IMG/VR virus record: IMGVR_UViG_3300000956_000001
Coordinates: 1-64,000 of that record
Strand: one strand, 5' to 3'
DNA: 64,000 nt
From: a virus
Made by a program: the position numbers and the translations under genes. The notes beneath the pieces were generated by a model. That model did no database searches. It saw nothing but the letters and a program-made list of their open reading frames with translations, and was not told the origin of the DNA. Positions 49,535 through 58,141 of the stretch are shown here, in pieces (the stretch's first letter is position 1; the number at the start of each line of letters is the position of its first letter).

Positions 49535-49804
49535 CTACCTGGTAACTACTTCCATGACCTCAGTCTGGCGAGCGATCTCAAATTCGGCAATGTTGCGCTT
49601 TCCAGGCGTACCGGGCGAAGCGGACATACACTGCGTAACGGCTTCAAGTGCATCCTCGTACGTATCCCAGGAACACTTCCGATTCCAGTACAATTCCCAC
49701 CAGATGCCACTTCCGTCCCCATCCAGGTAATTCACCCGGAAGCAGACATCAGGTTGATACTTGCGCAAAACGCGCAACTCGGGCTGTTCAGACATCTCGG
49801 ACAT
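49535..49804 (-). CDS. Hypothetical protein (cassette A)
   Basis: 89 aa, AAGGTGGG RBS. Confidence 0.6.
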   Translation of the reverse strand: MSEMSEQPELRVLRKYQPDVCFRVNYLDGDGSGIWWELYWNRKCSWDTYEDALEAVTQCMSASPGTPGKRNIAEFEIARQTEVMEVVTR

Positions 49805-50099
49805 AACCCACCTTCCCAGACTTTCGGGGTAGACGAGACATATGCCCCCATAAGGTACAACTGTGATGTTAATCTGGAATCGTCATAGATGCACCTGATG
49901 CGCGCATTCCGGAGGTTACAGACTAAACGGACATACTACTTAGATGCGTAGTAACCAGTCACGATGACTGCAAATACGACCCAAGCGACGATGAAGCCAA
50001 ACCAGAACTTCTGGCCATTTGTCATCTTGTCACCACAAACAACACGAAGGCCGCCCATAGTACCATCAGTACAAAGGCGGCAAAAAGAAGCTTAATCAC

Positions 50100-50642
50100 T
50101 CATTCCTCCTCAAAACGGACAACCTTCGCGCCGCCGTCATCTGTCTCCATTACCGTAGGAAGCAACAGATGGCCACGAACCGTAATGCTCTGGTCATCCT
50201 TGCCCTTGTTGCGCAACTGCCACTTTTTGTTAGCAACGCGACAAGAAGGGCACCTGCACCCATACATGGAGTAAGACAGGTAATTGCCGTGACTCGTCCA
50301 ACTCGGTTCGAAACGGATAAACCAGTCCCAGCACCAGGTTTCGATGCATTTCGGGCAGATACTCTGGTAATCCGCATCGGCGTCATGAGCACACGTAGTG
50401 CACACATCTGTCGAGACGATGACATTACGCCCGTAAGGCGCGATAATGCGCCTTCTGGGCGCATTCACCGAAGGGGGACGAACGTCCTCATTCAGTGCAA
50501 TGTGCACGATCTGCCCAACTTGGACATTACGCCAGTCAATCTGGCGATTCACTCCGCCGATGACAAACTGGTCGTACTCGCCCTTCACGTCAGATTTCGG
50601 GGCAATCGTCTGGTATTGAACAGATGACGATCCTTTTCCCAT
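50100..50642 (-). CDS. Zn-binding hypothetical protein (cassette B)
   Basis: CTTC, CPKC and HG..SY..YGCRCPSC motif; AAAGGTG RBS. Confidence 0.6.
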   Translation of the reverse strand: MGKGSSSVQYQTIAPKSDVKGEYDQFVIGGVNRQIDWRNVQVGQIVHIALNEDVRPPSVNAPRRRIIAPYGRNVIVSTDVCTTCAHDADADYQSICPKCIETWCWDWFIRFEPSWTSHGNYLSYSMYGCRCPSCRVANKKWQLRNKGKDDQSITVRGHLLLPTVMETDDGGAKVVRFEEE

Positions 50643-50753
50643 TTTACACCTTTACCCTTTATCAGGCATCAGGTGCATTTATGACGATTCCAGATTATTA
50701 GTGCCAACTACACTGAACCCACTATTAGGGGCAGAACGGACATCGCAGACATG

Positions 50754-51299
50754 TCAGTCTTTCGTGTCGTACCAGACATGACCGTGCTCATCTACGTGAG
50801 CTGGCTCATCCAGGACATGCTGTGCATCAGCGTTGCATTGCGTCTCATATGGTGACATTGCACCACACAGTGACGTTTGGGGCGCTTCGACACATTTGGA
50901 CACGGGAGTCATGCGGTAGCTTACGTGCATCAATACGAGGATTTCGCACGCATTGCGCAACTGCCGCAGAAGGGGCAACTGTTCCGAAACGTAAAACCGT
51001 CGCAGAGTGTCATCATCGTCCTCATTCATGCGATACGACACATAGTCGACACCGCTCTCATTTGTGACGATTCGGACATACCCGACGATGTGCTCCATCT
51101 GGTTTTGGTCCGACTCGTGCCAGATGCACGTATCAGACCAAACGCCCGCCCATGGGCCCTCTTGTACGGTTACGATCGGCTTTGCCCAGATTGCACCGTA
51201 ACGCGTCATTTGACGGACTGCGGTATCTTTGTCGTCAATGACCCTGTTGTGCGAGTTGTGCGAGTTGTCCATCTCTCCACCTTTTTCAGGTTTTAGCAC
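50754..51299 (-). CDS. Hypothetical protein (cassette C; start probably 51272)
   Basis: AAAGGTGGAG precedes MDNSH. Confidence 0.55.
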   Translation of the reverse strand: MLKPEKGGEMDNSHNSHNRVIDDKDTAVRQMTRYGAIWAKPIVTVQEGPWAGVWSDTCIWHESDQNQMEHIVGYVRIVTNESGVDYVSYRMNEDDDDTLRRFYVSEQLPLLRQLRNACEILVLMHVSYRMTPVSKCVEAPQTSLCGAMSPYETQCNADAQHVLDEPAHVDEHGHVWYDTKD

Positions 51300-51334
51300 T
51301 GGATGCCCTACTAAGGGACGAGACGCGCGGTTGC

Positions 51335-51595
51335 CTACGGTTGTACCTTTCGTCCGCCCTGTGGCGATTTGTCGTCGTCTGCTACCTTGTGTCCGTATTG
51401 GATCACAAAGTCGTAGATGTCCGATTTAATCAGCGTGCGGCTAAGCAGTAGGTGCGCCAGAATTGCACCTCTTCCGGGCCTTTTGTCCTGATCAGGGTAT
51501 TCTGGGGTGATTGCGTTACAAATCTGCGCAACCGTCATGAAGTGCCCGTATTCGTGACCTTTGAACGCATTGAGAATGTGGTCCCGGATTGTCAT
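51335..51595 (-). CDS. Small putative DNA-binding protein (cassette C)
   Basis: Similar to the C-terminus of ORF 46735-47850. Confidence 0.6.
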   Translation of the reverse strand: MTIRDHILNAFKGHEYGHFMTVAQICNAITPEYPDQDKRPGRGAILAHLLLSRTLIKSDIYDFVIQYGHKVADDDKSPQGGRKVQP

Positions 51596-52029
51596 CAGAT
51601 GTGCGGTCCGTCCAGATGGTCGAAGATGTCCGATTTGAGGTAAACCGCCATCATCAGGACCGATTGGAGTAGTCCACCCACGTTCTGGCCGTGATCGTCC
51701 ATTGATCCCTGTTCGGCACCACTGTCCACGATGAGGCTAATTGCCTGCTCTGCGGCCTTTTCGTAGTTAAGGTGCATGTCTCCGGTTTGGACCAATTCGC
51801 CCAGTTCGTTCGGATCAAGAAGATTGTCCGGAAGAGGCTGATTGTCCAGATCGCGCCGAAGGACCAACAACGCACCATATGCGGTGAAAATGGCCTTTTC
51901 GATGTCATCGCGGAGAAGCTCACGTTCTGATGCGGTAAGACGCGAGTTGCGTGTGTTTCCCATTTTGCCCACCTTGGCGACTAAGTGTGAAATGCGCACC
52001 TCGTCCCATAGTAGGGCATCCAGTACCAT
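51595..52029 (-). CDS. Hypothetical protein (cassette C; start probably 51963)
   Basis: AAGGTGGGCAAAATG start motif. Confidence 0.55.
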   Translation of the reverse strand: MVLDALLWDEVRISHLVAKVGKMGNTRNSRLTASERELLRDDIEKAIFTAYGALLVLRRDLDNQPLPDNLLDPNELGELVQTGDMHLNYEKAAEQAISLIVDSGAEQGSMDDHGQNVGGLLQSVLMMAVYLKSDIFDHLDGPHI

Positions 52030-52173
52030 TCTTGACAGAATATGACGTTACCTTACATATTTTGACATATGCCAGTTATGTCCGATTCTGCCCCTAATGG
52101 TGGGTTCAGTGTGATTCATACGGCTTGTTAGTAACATCCCAAATCGTCTGCTATGCACCTGATGTCTGATTTG

Positions 52174-52371
52174 CTAAACAGTGACCGGTTTGCCCGTTTT
52201 CAGGTCAATCATCTCGGTTTGTCGTGTTAGAGGTGCAACTGTCCGCTTCGGGGGATTCTTCCCATTTACCCGCTGCGTGAATGTCTGACCGCATGTGTCA
52301 CACATTCTGCGGATATGGGTACCTGTGCCCGGTAGGTGAGTCACCTCCCTATTGCAGTGCATGCGTACCAT
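52174..52371 (-). CDS. Small Zn-ribbon protein (cassette D)
   Basis: HC...CDTC. Confidence 0.5.
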   Translation of the reverse strand: MVRMHCNREVTHLPGTGTHIRRMCDTCGQTFTQRVNGKNPPKRTVAPLTRQTEMIDLKTGKPVTV

Positions 52372-52417
52372 TCTCGCCTACCCGTGCTAGTTGGTGCCGT
52401 TTGTCCAGTTTGTGACG

Positions 52418-52612
52418 TTACTTGGTGATACCTTTCGGTATCCACCGAGGTGTGGTGCAAACGTAGCATTCGCCACACTTGTACCACGTGTCCGAGTATC
52501 CGCAATCCTGGTCGAAATCCCACCATCCAGGCACTTCGCCCAGTTTGATGGACTTGTCCGTTTTGCGGTTCCTGACAACGTTTCTGATAGCATTGCGCAG
52601 ATTGATACCCAT
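52418..52612 (-). CDS. Hypothetical protein (cassette D)
   Basis: AAAGGTGG RBS before MGINL; Cys cluster. Confidence 0.5.
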   Translation of the reverse strand: MGINLRNAIRNVVRNRKTDKSIKLGEVPGWWDFDQDCGYSDTWYKCGECYVCTTPRWIPKGITK

Positions 52613-52750
52613 TGTACTGATTCCACCTTTTGTCCGTGTTGCCCGTTTTAAGGGGTTTGTGAACACCAGGTGCATAGCAGACGATTTGGGATGTTGCAGA
52701 CTGAATCACCATTTACGTGCCAGTTGTCGCACATTATGCTGGTTTGTCCG

Positions 52751-52963
52751 TTAGTTCACAATCTGGATAACTAAGGACGTTATCCAGAGAATGACTAGAA
52801 CTACCCAGATTGCTAGGGCTATCCCGGTGTGTGGCTTCATGTCCGTTTTGGTCCTTATGTTACCGAGTGTACAGTTTGCGACCCTTGCGCACCAGGTACA
52901 CATACATACCGTTAGCCCGCTGAAAACGCAAATGCGTGACTTTGGGTCCGATGAGGTATCCAC
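52751..52963 (-). CDS. Small membrane protein (cassette E; start uncertain)
   Basis: C-terminal TM helix. Confidence 0.4.
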   Translation of the reverse strand: MDTSSDPKSRICVFSGLTVCMCTWCARVANCTLGNIRTKTDMKPHTGIALAIWVVLVILWITSLVIQIVN

Positions 52964-53030
52964 CCCAGTTGGTCCATTGGCACGTCATGCACTCATTGTC
53001 TGCGATGTCCGAAATGCTAGACATGTGCGA

Positions 53031-53480
53031 TCAGAGCGCCTTGCACACGTTCTGGGCGAACCATTCCCATGCGTCCCGTTGCCAGGCGACAGGTCCGAAG
53101 TGGTACGTCCAGTGCGGAAGGTACGGTTCGGCCATCTCTGCCACGATTCCGGTAAAGCTGTGCGCGTATGCACCGATACCGATCAGATCGCCCGGCATGT
53201 CGATAATGCCCTTGGATGCCCGATATGAGGGGTTGTATTCCGAGACGACCCAAAAGACCAGTGCGGTATTGATTGCCCGCATTGCACCTCTTGGGTCGGT
53301 TGCGTGGAAGAGCTGGAATGCCCGTCCCATGCGACCTTCGCACAGTGCGTGATACATTGCGGCATTTTCCCGCATTGTCGCACCTGAGTGCATTTCCAGG
53401 ATTACGCCTTTTGGCTGGTTCGTCCCGTTGGCACCGTTCGCGAAGGTTTCCTTGATTGTCACAGTTGCCATGATTCCCAC
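53031..53480 (-). CDS. Hypothetical protein (cassette E)
   Basis: ~146 aa, AAAGGTGGG RBS. Confidence 0.6.
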   Translation of the reverse strand: MGIMATVTIKETFANGANGTNQPKGVILEMHSGATMRENAAMYHALCEGRMGRAFQLFHATDPRGAMRAINTALVFWVVSEYNPSYRASKGIIDMPGDLIGIGAYAHSFTGIVAEMAEPYLPHWTYHFGPVAWQRDAWEWFAQNVCKAL

Positions 53481-53600
53481 CTTTTGTGTGTCTTGCCCGT
53501 TTTAAGGACAACTGGCACATAAAAGGTGATTCAGTCTGCTATGGTTCAAACGCCCTACTAGGTGCCTGATGAGCTGAATGTGCTGGATGTCTGGGTTGTG

Positions 53601-53987
53601 CTAGTCCATCCAGAGTGCGAAGTTTCCGTCGATAACGCCATAAACAGCCTGGTGTGTACGGTTCTGTCCGTATTTTTCCAGTTTGTCGTATTCGAGCGTT
53701 ACGACCCAGTCTGAGTCGTCACAGTGCCTTAGGCACCCATAACCGCACTTATCATCGTGAATGTGCCGTCCGTTACCATCTGTGACGTTTAGCACCCTTA
53801 CGGACGTGATGTCGTAAAGGGGCCAGTTGTCACGAAAGTACTGAACGGGCCACATGTCCGAATACTCCGGATCGCACCGAAGTTCCAGACTGTACACATT
53901 GCGCTGAATGAGGTCTTTGCGGTAATGTTCCAGAATGTCCCCGAAAGGTGCATCTGGCCGCTCCGCCACCGTCCGCGTAGCCTGCAT
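53601..53987 (-). CDS. Hypothetical protein (cassette F)
   Basis: 128 aa. Confidence 0.55.
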   Translation of the reverse strand: MQATRTVAERPDAPFGDILEHYRKDLIQRNVYSLELRCDPEYSDMWPVQYFRDNWPLYDITSVRVLNVTDGNGRHIHDDKCGYGCLRHCDDSDWVVTLEYDKLEKYGQNRTHQAVYGVIDGNFALWMD

Positions 53988-54000
53988 CGGTTTGTCCGTT

Positions 54001-54426
54001 TCAGCCCGTGATGGTGTTGATGTCTTTGTTGCCCATCACGCGCACACTGCGTGCAAGGTCCGAAAGGAGCTGCTTGACCGTTGCGACCGGAAAGCCCTCA
54101 TTGAACGGACTGTCCATCAATTTCCGATTGTCCGAGATGAACCATTCGTCCAACATGACCCCGTAATCCCAGAATGTCCGGTTATACACCGGGCCGCTCG
54201 AAGTGTGACCGTATGTCCGGCCGTAAGGGAACATGTAGAGAGTGTCCCTTTCGTCCGTAATGTACGTGAAGTCGCCGATCGTCACAAAAGCCCGATCGAT
54301 GACAGTTTGCGAGTCACATCCCATTCCAGCCAGATTGGCCGCAATGTAGACTTCGTCCGCATAGTCACGCTTCATGGTGCTAAGTGCGCTATGCGTCGGG
54401 ATGGTCGACTTGTCCATTTTGCCCAC
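54001..54426 (-). CDS. Hypothetical protein (cassette F)
   Basis: AAAGGTGGGCAAAATG start motif. Confidence 0.6.
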   Translation of the reverse strand: MGKMDKSTIPTHSALSTMKRDYADEVYIAANLAGMGCDSQTVIDRAFVTIGDFTYITDERDTLYMFPYGRTYGHTSSGPVYNRTFWDYGVMLDEWFISDNRKLMDSPFNEGFPVATVKQLLSDLARSVRVMGNKDINTITG

Positions 54427-54593
54427 CTTTGATGATGTCTGATCTAGTTTGCCCGATCAGGCACCTAGTAGGGCGTTTGAACCATATAAGCCGTATGGGT
54501 AGTTTCGCGCTGAATGACCTATTAGTGGTCGAATGTCTGTATTACCTGTATTGCGTGTAATGCCAGTTTTTACCGTGATGTCCGACTAAGATG

Positions 54594-54953
54594 CTAGTCG
54601 ACCCCGTTTTCCGATCCGTCGTAAACGCGCGAGATGTCCTGCATGTCCTCAATGGACTCGATGACCTGCATGCGTGCCATGTCGCGCTTGTTGGTTTTGA
54701 TCCATTCCACGCAGTACTTCACGGTTTCGCCGTTGTCGACCCAGATTTCGTAAATGTCCGTTGCGAGTTGGTCTGGGTAGGCGATGGCGATTGCAGCCAA
54801 GAACGCCGCATGTGTCACCTTGTAGGCGTTTCCACCCGCAATGTCACCATCCGGGCTGAATGCCACAGATGAGTGGACCTGTCGCATAAGTTCCGCGAAG
54901 TCGGTCTTGCGCGTTTCGCCACCAATGACCGGAATGTCCAGTTCTCGCATGAT
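54594..54953 (-). CDS. Hypothetical protein (cassette G; start near 54950)
   Basis: AAGGTGGG precedes MRELD. Confidence 0.55.
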   Translation of the reverse strand: MMRELDIPVIGGETRKTDFAELMRQVHSSVAFSPDGDIAGGNAYKVTHAAFLAAIAIAYPDQLATDIYEIWVDNGETVKYCVEWIKTNKRDMARMQVIESIEDMQDISRVYDGSENGVD

Positions 54954-55199
54954 GCCCACCTTGTGTGTGATGTCCGAATTGCCAGTTTTAAGGCATTCGA
55001 CCACTAATGGGCCATTCAGAGCGAAATGCCCCCTAACATTCCAGAATCACCCGCTTCGGCCCGTGTAGAGCCGTAATGTCTGTCCGGTCCCGAAATGAGG
55101 GGACCTAAGCACATTTGGGTGATTCTGGATGCCTTGGGGGTAGTATGCGCTGAATGCCCTATTAGATGACGGTTGGGGTGGGTGAGTCCGTTTTGCCTG

Positions 55200-55754
55200 T
55201 TAGATGCCGTATCCGTTGTCTGTCGCGATTGTGTCGATCAGTTCGACAAAGGTACAAAGCCCTTTTTGGTAGTTCTGGTACATCTTGCGGATTGCGTCAC
55301 CGTTCGGACCGTCTTCGCCCGTTTTGCGCAACCAGAACCCAATTGCCATACGAACAGACCATTCGTACCAATAGTGCGAACTGTGCACATGGTCCGTGAT
55401 GTCCGTCTGTTCCCACAATTCGTACATCTGGTCCCACTCGTTACCTTCGTCCCAGATTTCCTCGGATGAGACGTAAAGGGCCAATGCGCCCGTTTCGCAC
55501 CAGATGTTGTACTGCTCCCGATCCATGACGTTCTGGATGATTTTGCCCTCATCGCCCATATGCCAGACGGTTCGGGTGCCTTTGTCCAGAACGTAACGGA
55601 ATGTCCCCAAGGGACCGTCTTGTCCGATTTGGCCCAGAATGACCAATTCCTTGACGAATGAGACGGGAGGAGTCATAAGACCCGTGTTGCCCATTTTGCC
55701 CACCTTTTCCCTACTAAGTGCGGTTTTGTCTAGATAAGTCCGTTTTGTACTCAT
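55200..55754 (-). CDS. Hypothetical protein (cassette I; internal start MGNTG likely)
   Basis: AAAAGGTGGGCAAAATG motif near 55694-55710. Confidence 0.6.
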   Translation of the reverse strand: MSTKRTYLDKTALSREKVGKMGNTGLMTPPVSFVKELVILGQIGQDGPLGTFRYVLDKGTRTVWHMGDEGKIIQNVMDREQYNIWCETGALALYVSSEEIWDEGNEWDQMYELWEQTDITDHVHSSHYWYEWSVRMAIGFWLRKTGEDGPNGDAIRKMYQNYQKGLCTFVELIDTIATDNGYGI

Positions 55755-55845
55755 CTACCCTAACCGTCACCTAATGAGGCATTCAGTGCATACCTACCGG
55801 TTCGTCATGATGTGCCCTATTAGGGCCTGGATGTCTGTTTTCGTG

Positions 55846-56268
55846 TCAGTTGTACTTTTCGTCCGTGACGTCGCAAATCAGCGGGTTCTCACCGTTCGTC
55901 CCGATTGCCCATACCTGAGCACGATACGGGTCAGTATTGGTGATTACGCGCCCGAATGTCGCATCTGACTTGTATTCGCCATACACGTGGATTTCGGTGA
56001 CTTCGACCGTTTCGCACGTCTTGACCAGTTCTTCCAGTTTGTCCAAATTGACCGCTACGTACCCACATGCCCAGCATGACTGACACACCCGGATAAGTCC
56101 CATTGTGCCGGAAATGACTGGAATGCCCGCGAAGTCCGTTTTGAACTCTTCGAGGCAAAGGCCGCATTCGTCGTGGTAAGTCCGAATTCCGTCTTCCGCG
56201 TTGAAATCGACGGAAGTGACCGTAATGACTGTCATGATAGCTGTGCCCACCTTTAGGTTGTTTTGCAC
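55846..56268 (-). CDS. Hypothetical protein (cassette J)
   Basis: CGLC...CQSC; AAAGGTGGG precedes MTVIT. Confidence 0.55.
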   Translation of the reverse strand: MQNNLKVGTAIMTVITVTSVDFNAEDGIRTYHDECGLCLEEFKTDFAGIPVISGTMGLIRVCQSCWACGYVAVNLDKLEELVKTCETVEVTEIHVYGEYKSDATFGRVITNTDPYRAQVWAIGTNGENPLICDVTDEKYN

Positions 56269-57342
56269 TGGAATGTCGCTGATGTCCGTTTCGGTCTTTC
56301 ACAAGATGGACATTCCAGGCCCTAATGGGGCACACCATGCCGAACCATCGGCAATCTATCCACTATGGACAAGTCAAACAACAATGTGACACAAGCCCCT
56401 AAAGGCGCCTAAACCGCATAATTGCAACTGATACACCCTTATATGGGGCAATTTCAGTCTAAAACGGACATTTCCCAGTTTTACCGTCTTTGCCCACTTT
56501 AGTACCGTCTACCCACCTTTGTCGCGTTTGCCCGTCTTTGGTGCCGTCTTGTCGTACTTGTCGGCTACGCGGCATCTGGGGGCCTTTGCCCGGGATGTCC
56601 GTTTCAGTGCGGTTTAGTTGTCAATCAACCCGTGTCGCCAAGCGTGGCGCCTAGCGGCCGTGCTGTCGTGCGGGTGGTGCCCCACTAGCCTAGCACCCCC
56701 CTAGGCGCAGAGCTCGGACAAATCGGACTTATCACGATAAGAACGCCCGCCTGAAATGTCCGTTCTGGCCCACCTTGCCCCGGTATGACATCGGCCGAAA
56801 GTACGATATAGGTCTGACCGTTCGGGGGATGGACGAACTAATGCGGCATCTCGGCTACGCCCGCCCATATCGGCCCAGAATCGGACATAAAGACGGCCGG
56901 ATAAGTCACGATAAATCGTCTTAAAACGGACAGGGACATATCACCTCAAACCGTCTCAAAACGGGCACGGACATACCGCCTGATAGCACCTCAAAACGGA
57001 CGTGATGGCCCTAACCCCGGTTGACCTGCGAAAACGCCGTAGGATCGCCGTAGGGGCGCTAGAATTGGCCGATGCATACCCGTGCCCCCAACGGGCGTGT
57101 AGGCGCGTCAGCGGCGGCGCTAGGGGCCTTAAATGGCCGATTCCGCTAGCCCCCACGGGTGGGCGGGTAGGTGGGCAAACGGGGGTGTAGTAGGCCAGAT
57201 GGGGCAGTGTCGTGATATATCATCTTAAATCGGACATCTGACGATATAGCGCTGAATGGTACGAGATTGGGGGAAAGAGGGGAATGTCCGATTTATCATC
57301 TTATGTTGTAAGGGGGCGTAAGATAGGGGGCTATGCGCGCAA

Positions 57343-57546
57343 GTCCACTGTGGACAGATGGGATTCATGATCTTCTATATTCAAGATCATGAGAGCGTGA
57401 CGATCTTGAATATAGAAGATCGTAAGAGTGTGACGATCTTCTATATTCAAGATCGTCTATCATCACTGATCTTAGATATTCAAGATCATGAGAGTGTGAC
57501 GATCTTGAATATAGAAGATCATGAATGAGATCTGTCCACTGTGGAC
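57343..57546. repeat. Five GATCTT-N8-AAGATC pseudo-palindromes at an exact 33-bp period, bracketed by GTCCACTGTGGAC
   Basis: Units start at 57369, 57402, 57435, 57468 and 57501; bracketing palindromes at 57343-55 and 57534-46. Confidence 0.92.
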
Positions 57547-58141
57547 TCACGCATAGACGATCATGGATGGCTCAGCTACGGGCAAGTCGGACATTGGGGA
57601 CTTAGGTGGAGATTGTGGGGGATAGGGTGATATTGAGGTGAAAAGTCCTAGGTTTCGGGAATCTGGGGCTATTTGTGTATAAGGGGTATCTGGGGGACAA
57701 GTCGGAAATTACATATCATATGGCATATATCGCTCTTTGTCGTTGATCTGGTAAATGTCCTGGTTTGGGTGAAAATGGCGTTTTCGGTAGACTTGTCGCT
57801 TGTGTGCAGAATGCCCGCATAAAGGCGACATATACGGTATATACGTCATGGGCCTTATATCGGACTTGTGCCCTATGACTGATAATGACCTTTTATTACA
57901 CTTTGTCCGTTTAGGGCCCGGCTAGACTCGGACAAGTCGGACATGTCGCATATAGGCGCTCATCTGGGGCAAATGCGACAGGGGCGGGCAAAGGGTGCCG
58001 ATAACTTATATTATCGGCAGACGGATATATCGTGACAAAGTAGGACAAATCGGACTTGTCCACCATGCCCGAGTTGGGGGGTATGAGAAAATTGTCGGGG
58101 GGGTGCGCGCGAGCGCCCTCTGTGCCCTGTCGCTACTTATG

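Larger units (their letters stand above)
49487..56346. repeat. Array of ten abutting cassette-specific inverted-repeat pairs enclosing genes
   Basis: Arm pairs: A 49487-49522/49835-49870; B 49871-49901/50666-50696; C 50710-50743/52078-52112; D 52133-52165/52663-52695; E 52696-52728/53507-53539; F 53540-53570/54456-54486 (31/31 perfect); G 54503-54538/54991-55026; H 55040-55052/55117-55129 (empty); I 55139-55187/55749-55798; J 55799-55835/56309-56346. Confidence 0.95.

Noticed and set aside
49487-56346. IS/MITE elements, retrons or ordinary terminators as the explanation for the inverted repeats
   Set aside because: No transposase or reverse transcriptase is visible in the window, there are no target-site duplications (units abut), each pair has a different sequence, and arms are 0.3-1.4 kb apart rather than local hairpins.
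49487-56346. Shufflon-like invertible segments
   Set aside because: All cargo genes share one orientation and the arms are not a common site. Kept only as something to test in reads.
56405-56620. Eleventh stem of the array
   Set aside because: Only short interrupted matches (CTAAACCGCA/TGCGGTTTAG; AAACGGACAT/ATGTCCGTTT), partly explained by the dispersed CGGACA motif, so not counted.
57369-57520. CRISPR array
   Set aside because: Spacers are only 13 bp and similar to each other, repeat orientation switches, and there is no cas operon.
57365-57550. 61-aa ORF with repeated DLxYxRSS peptide
   Set aside because: It is the translation of the 33-bp DNA repeat, with no independent coding evidence.
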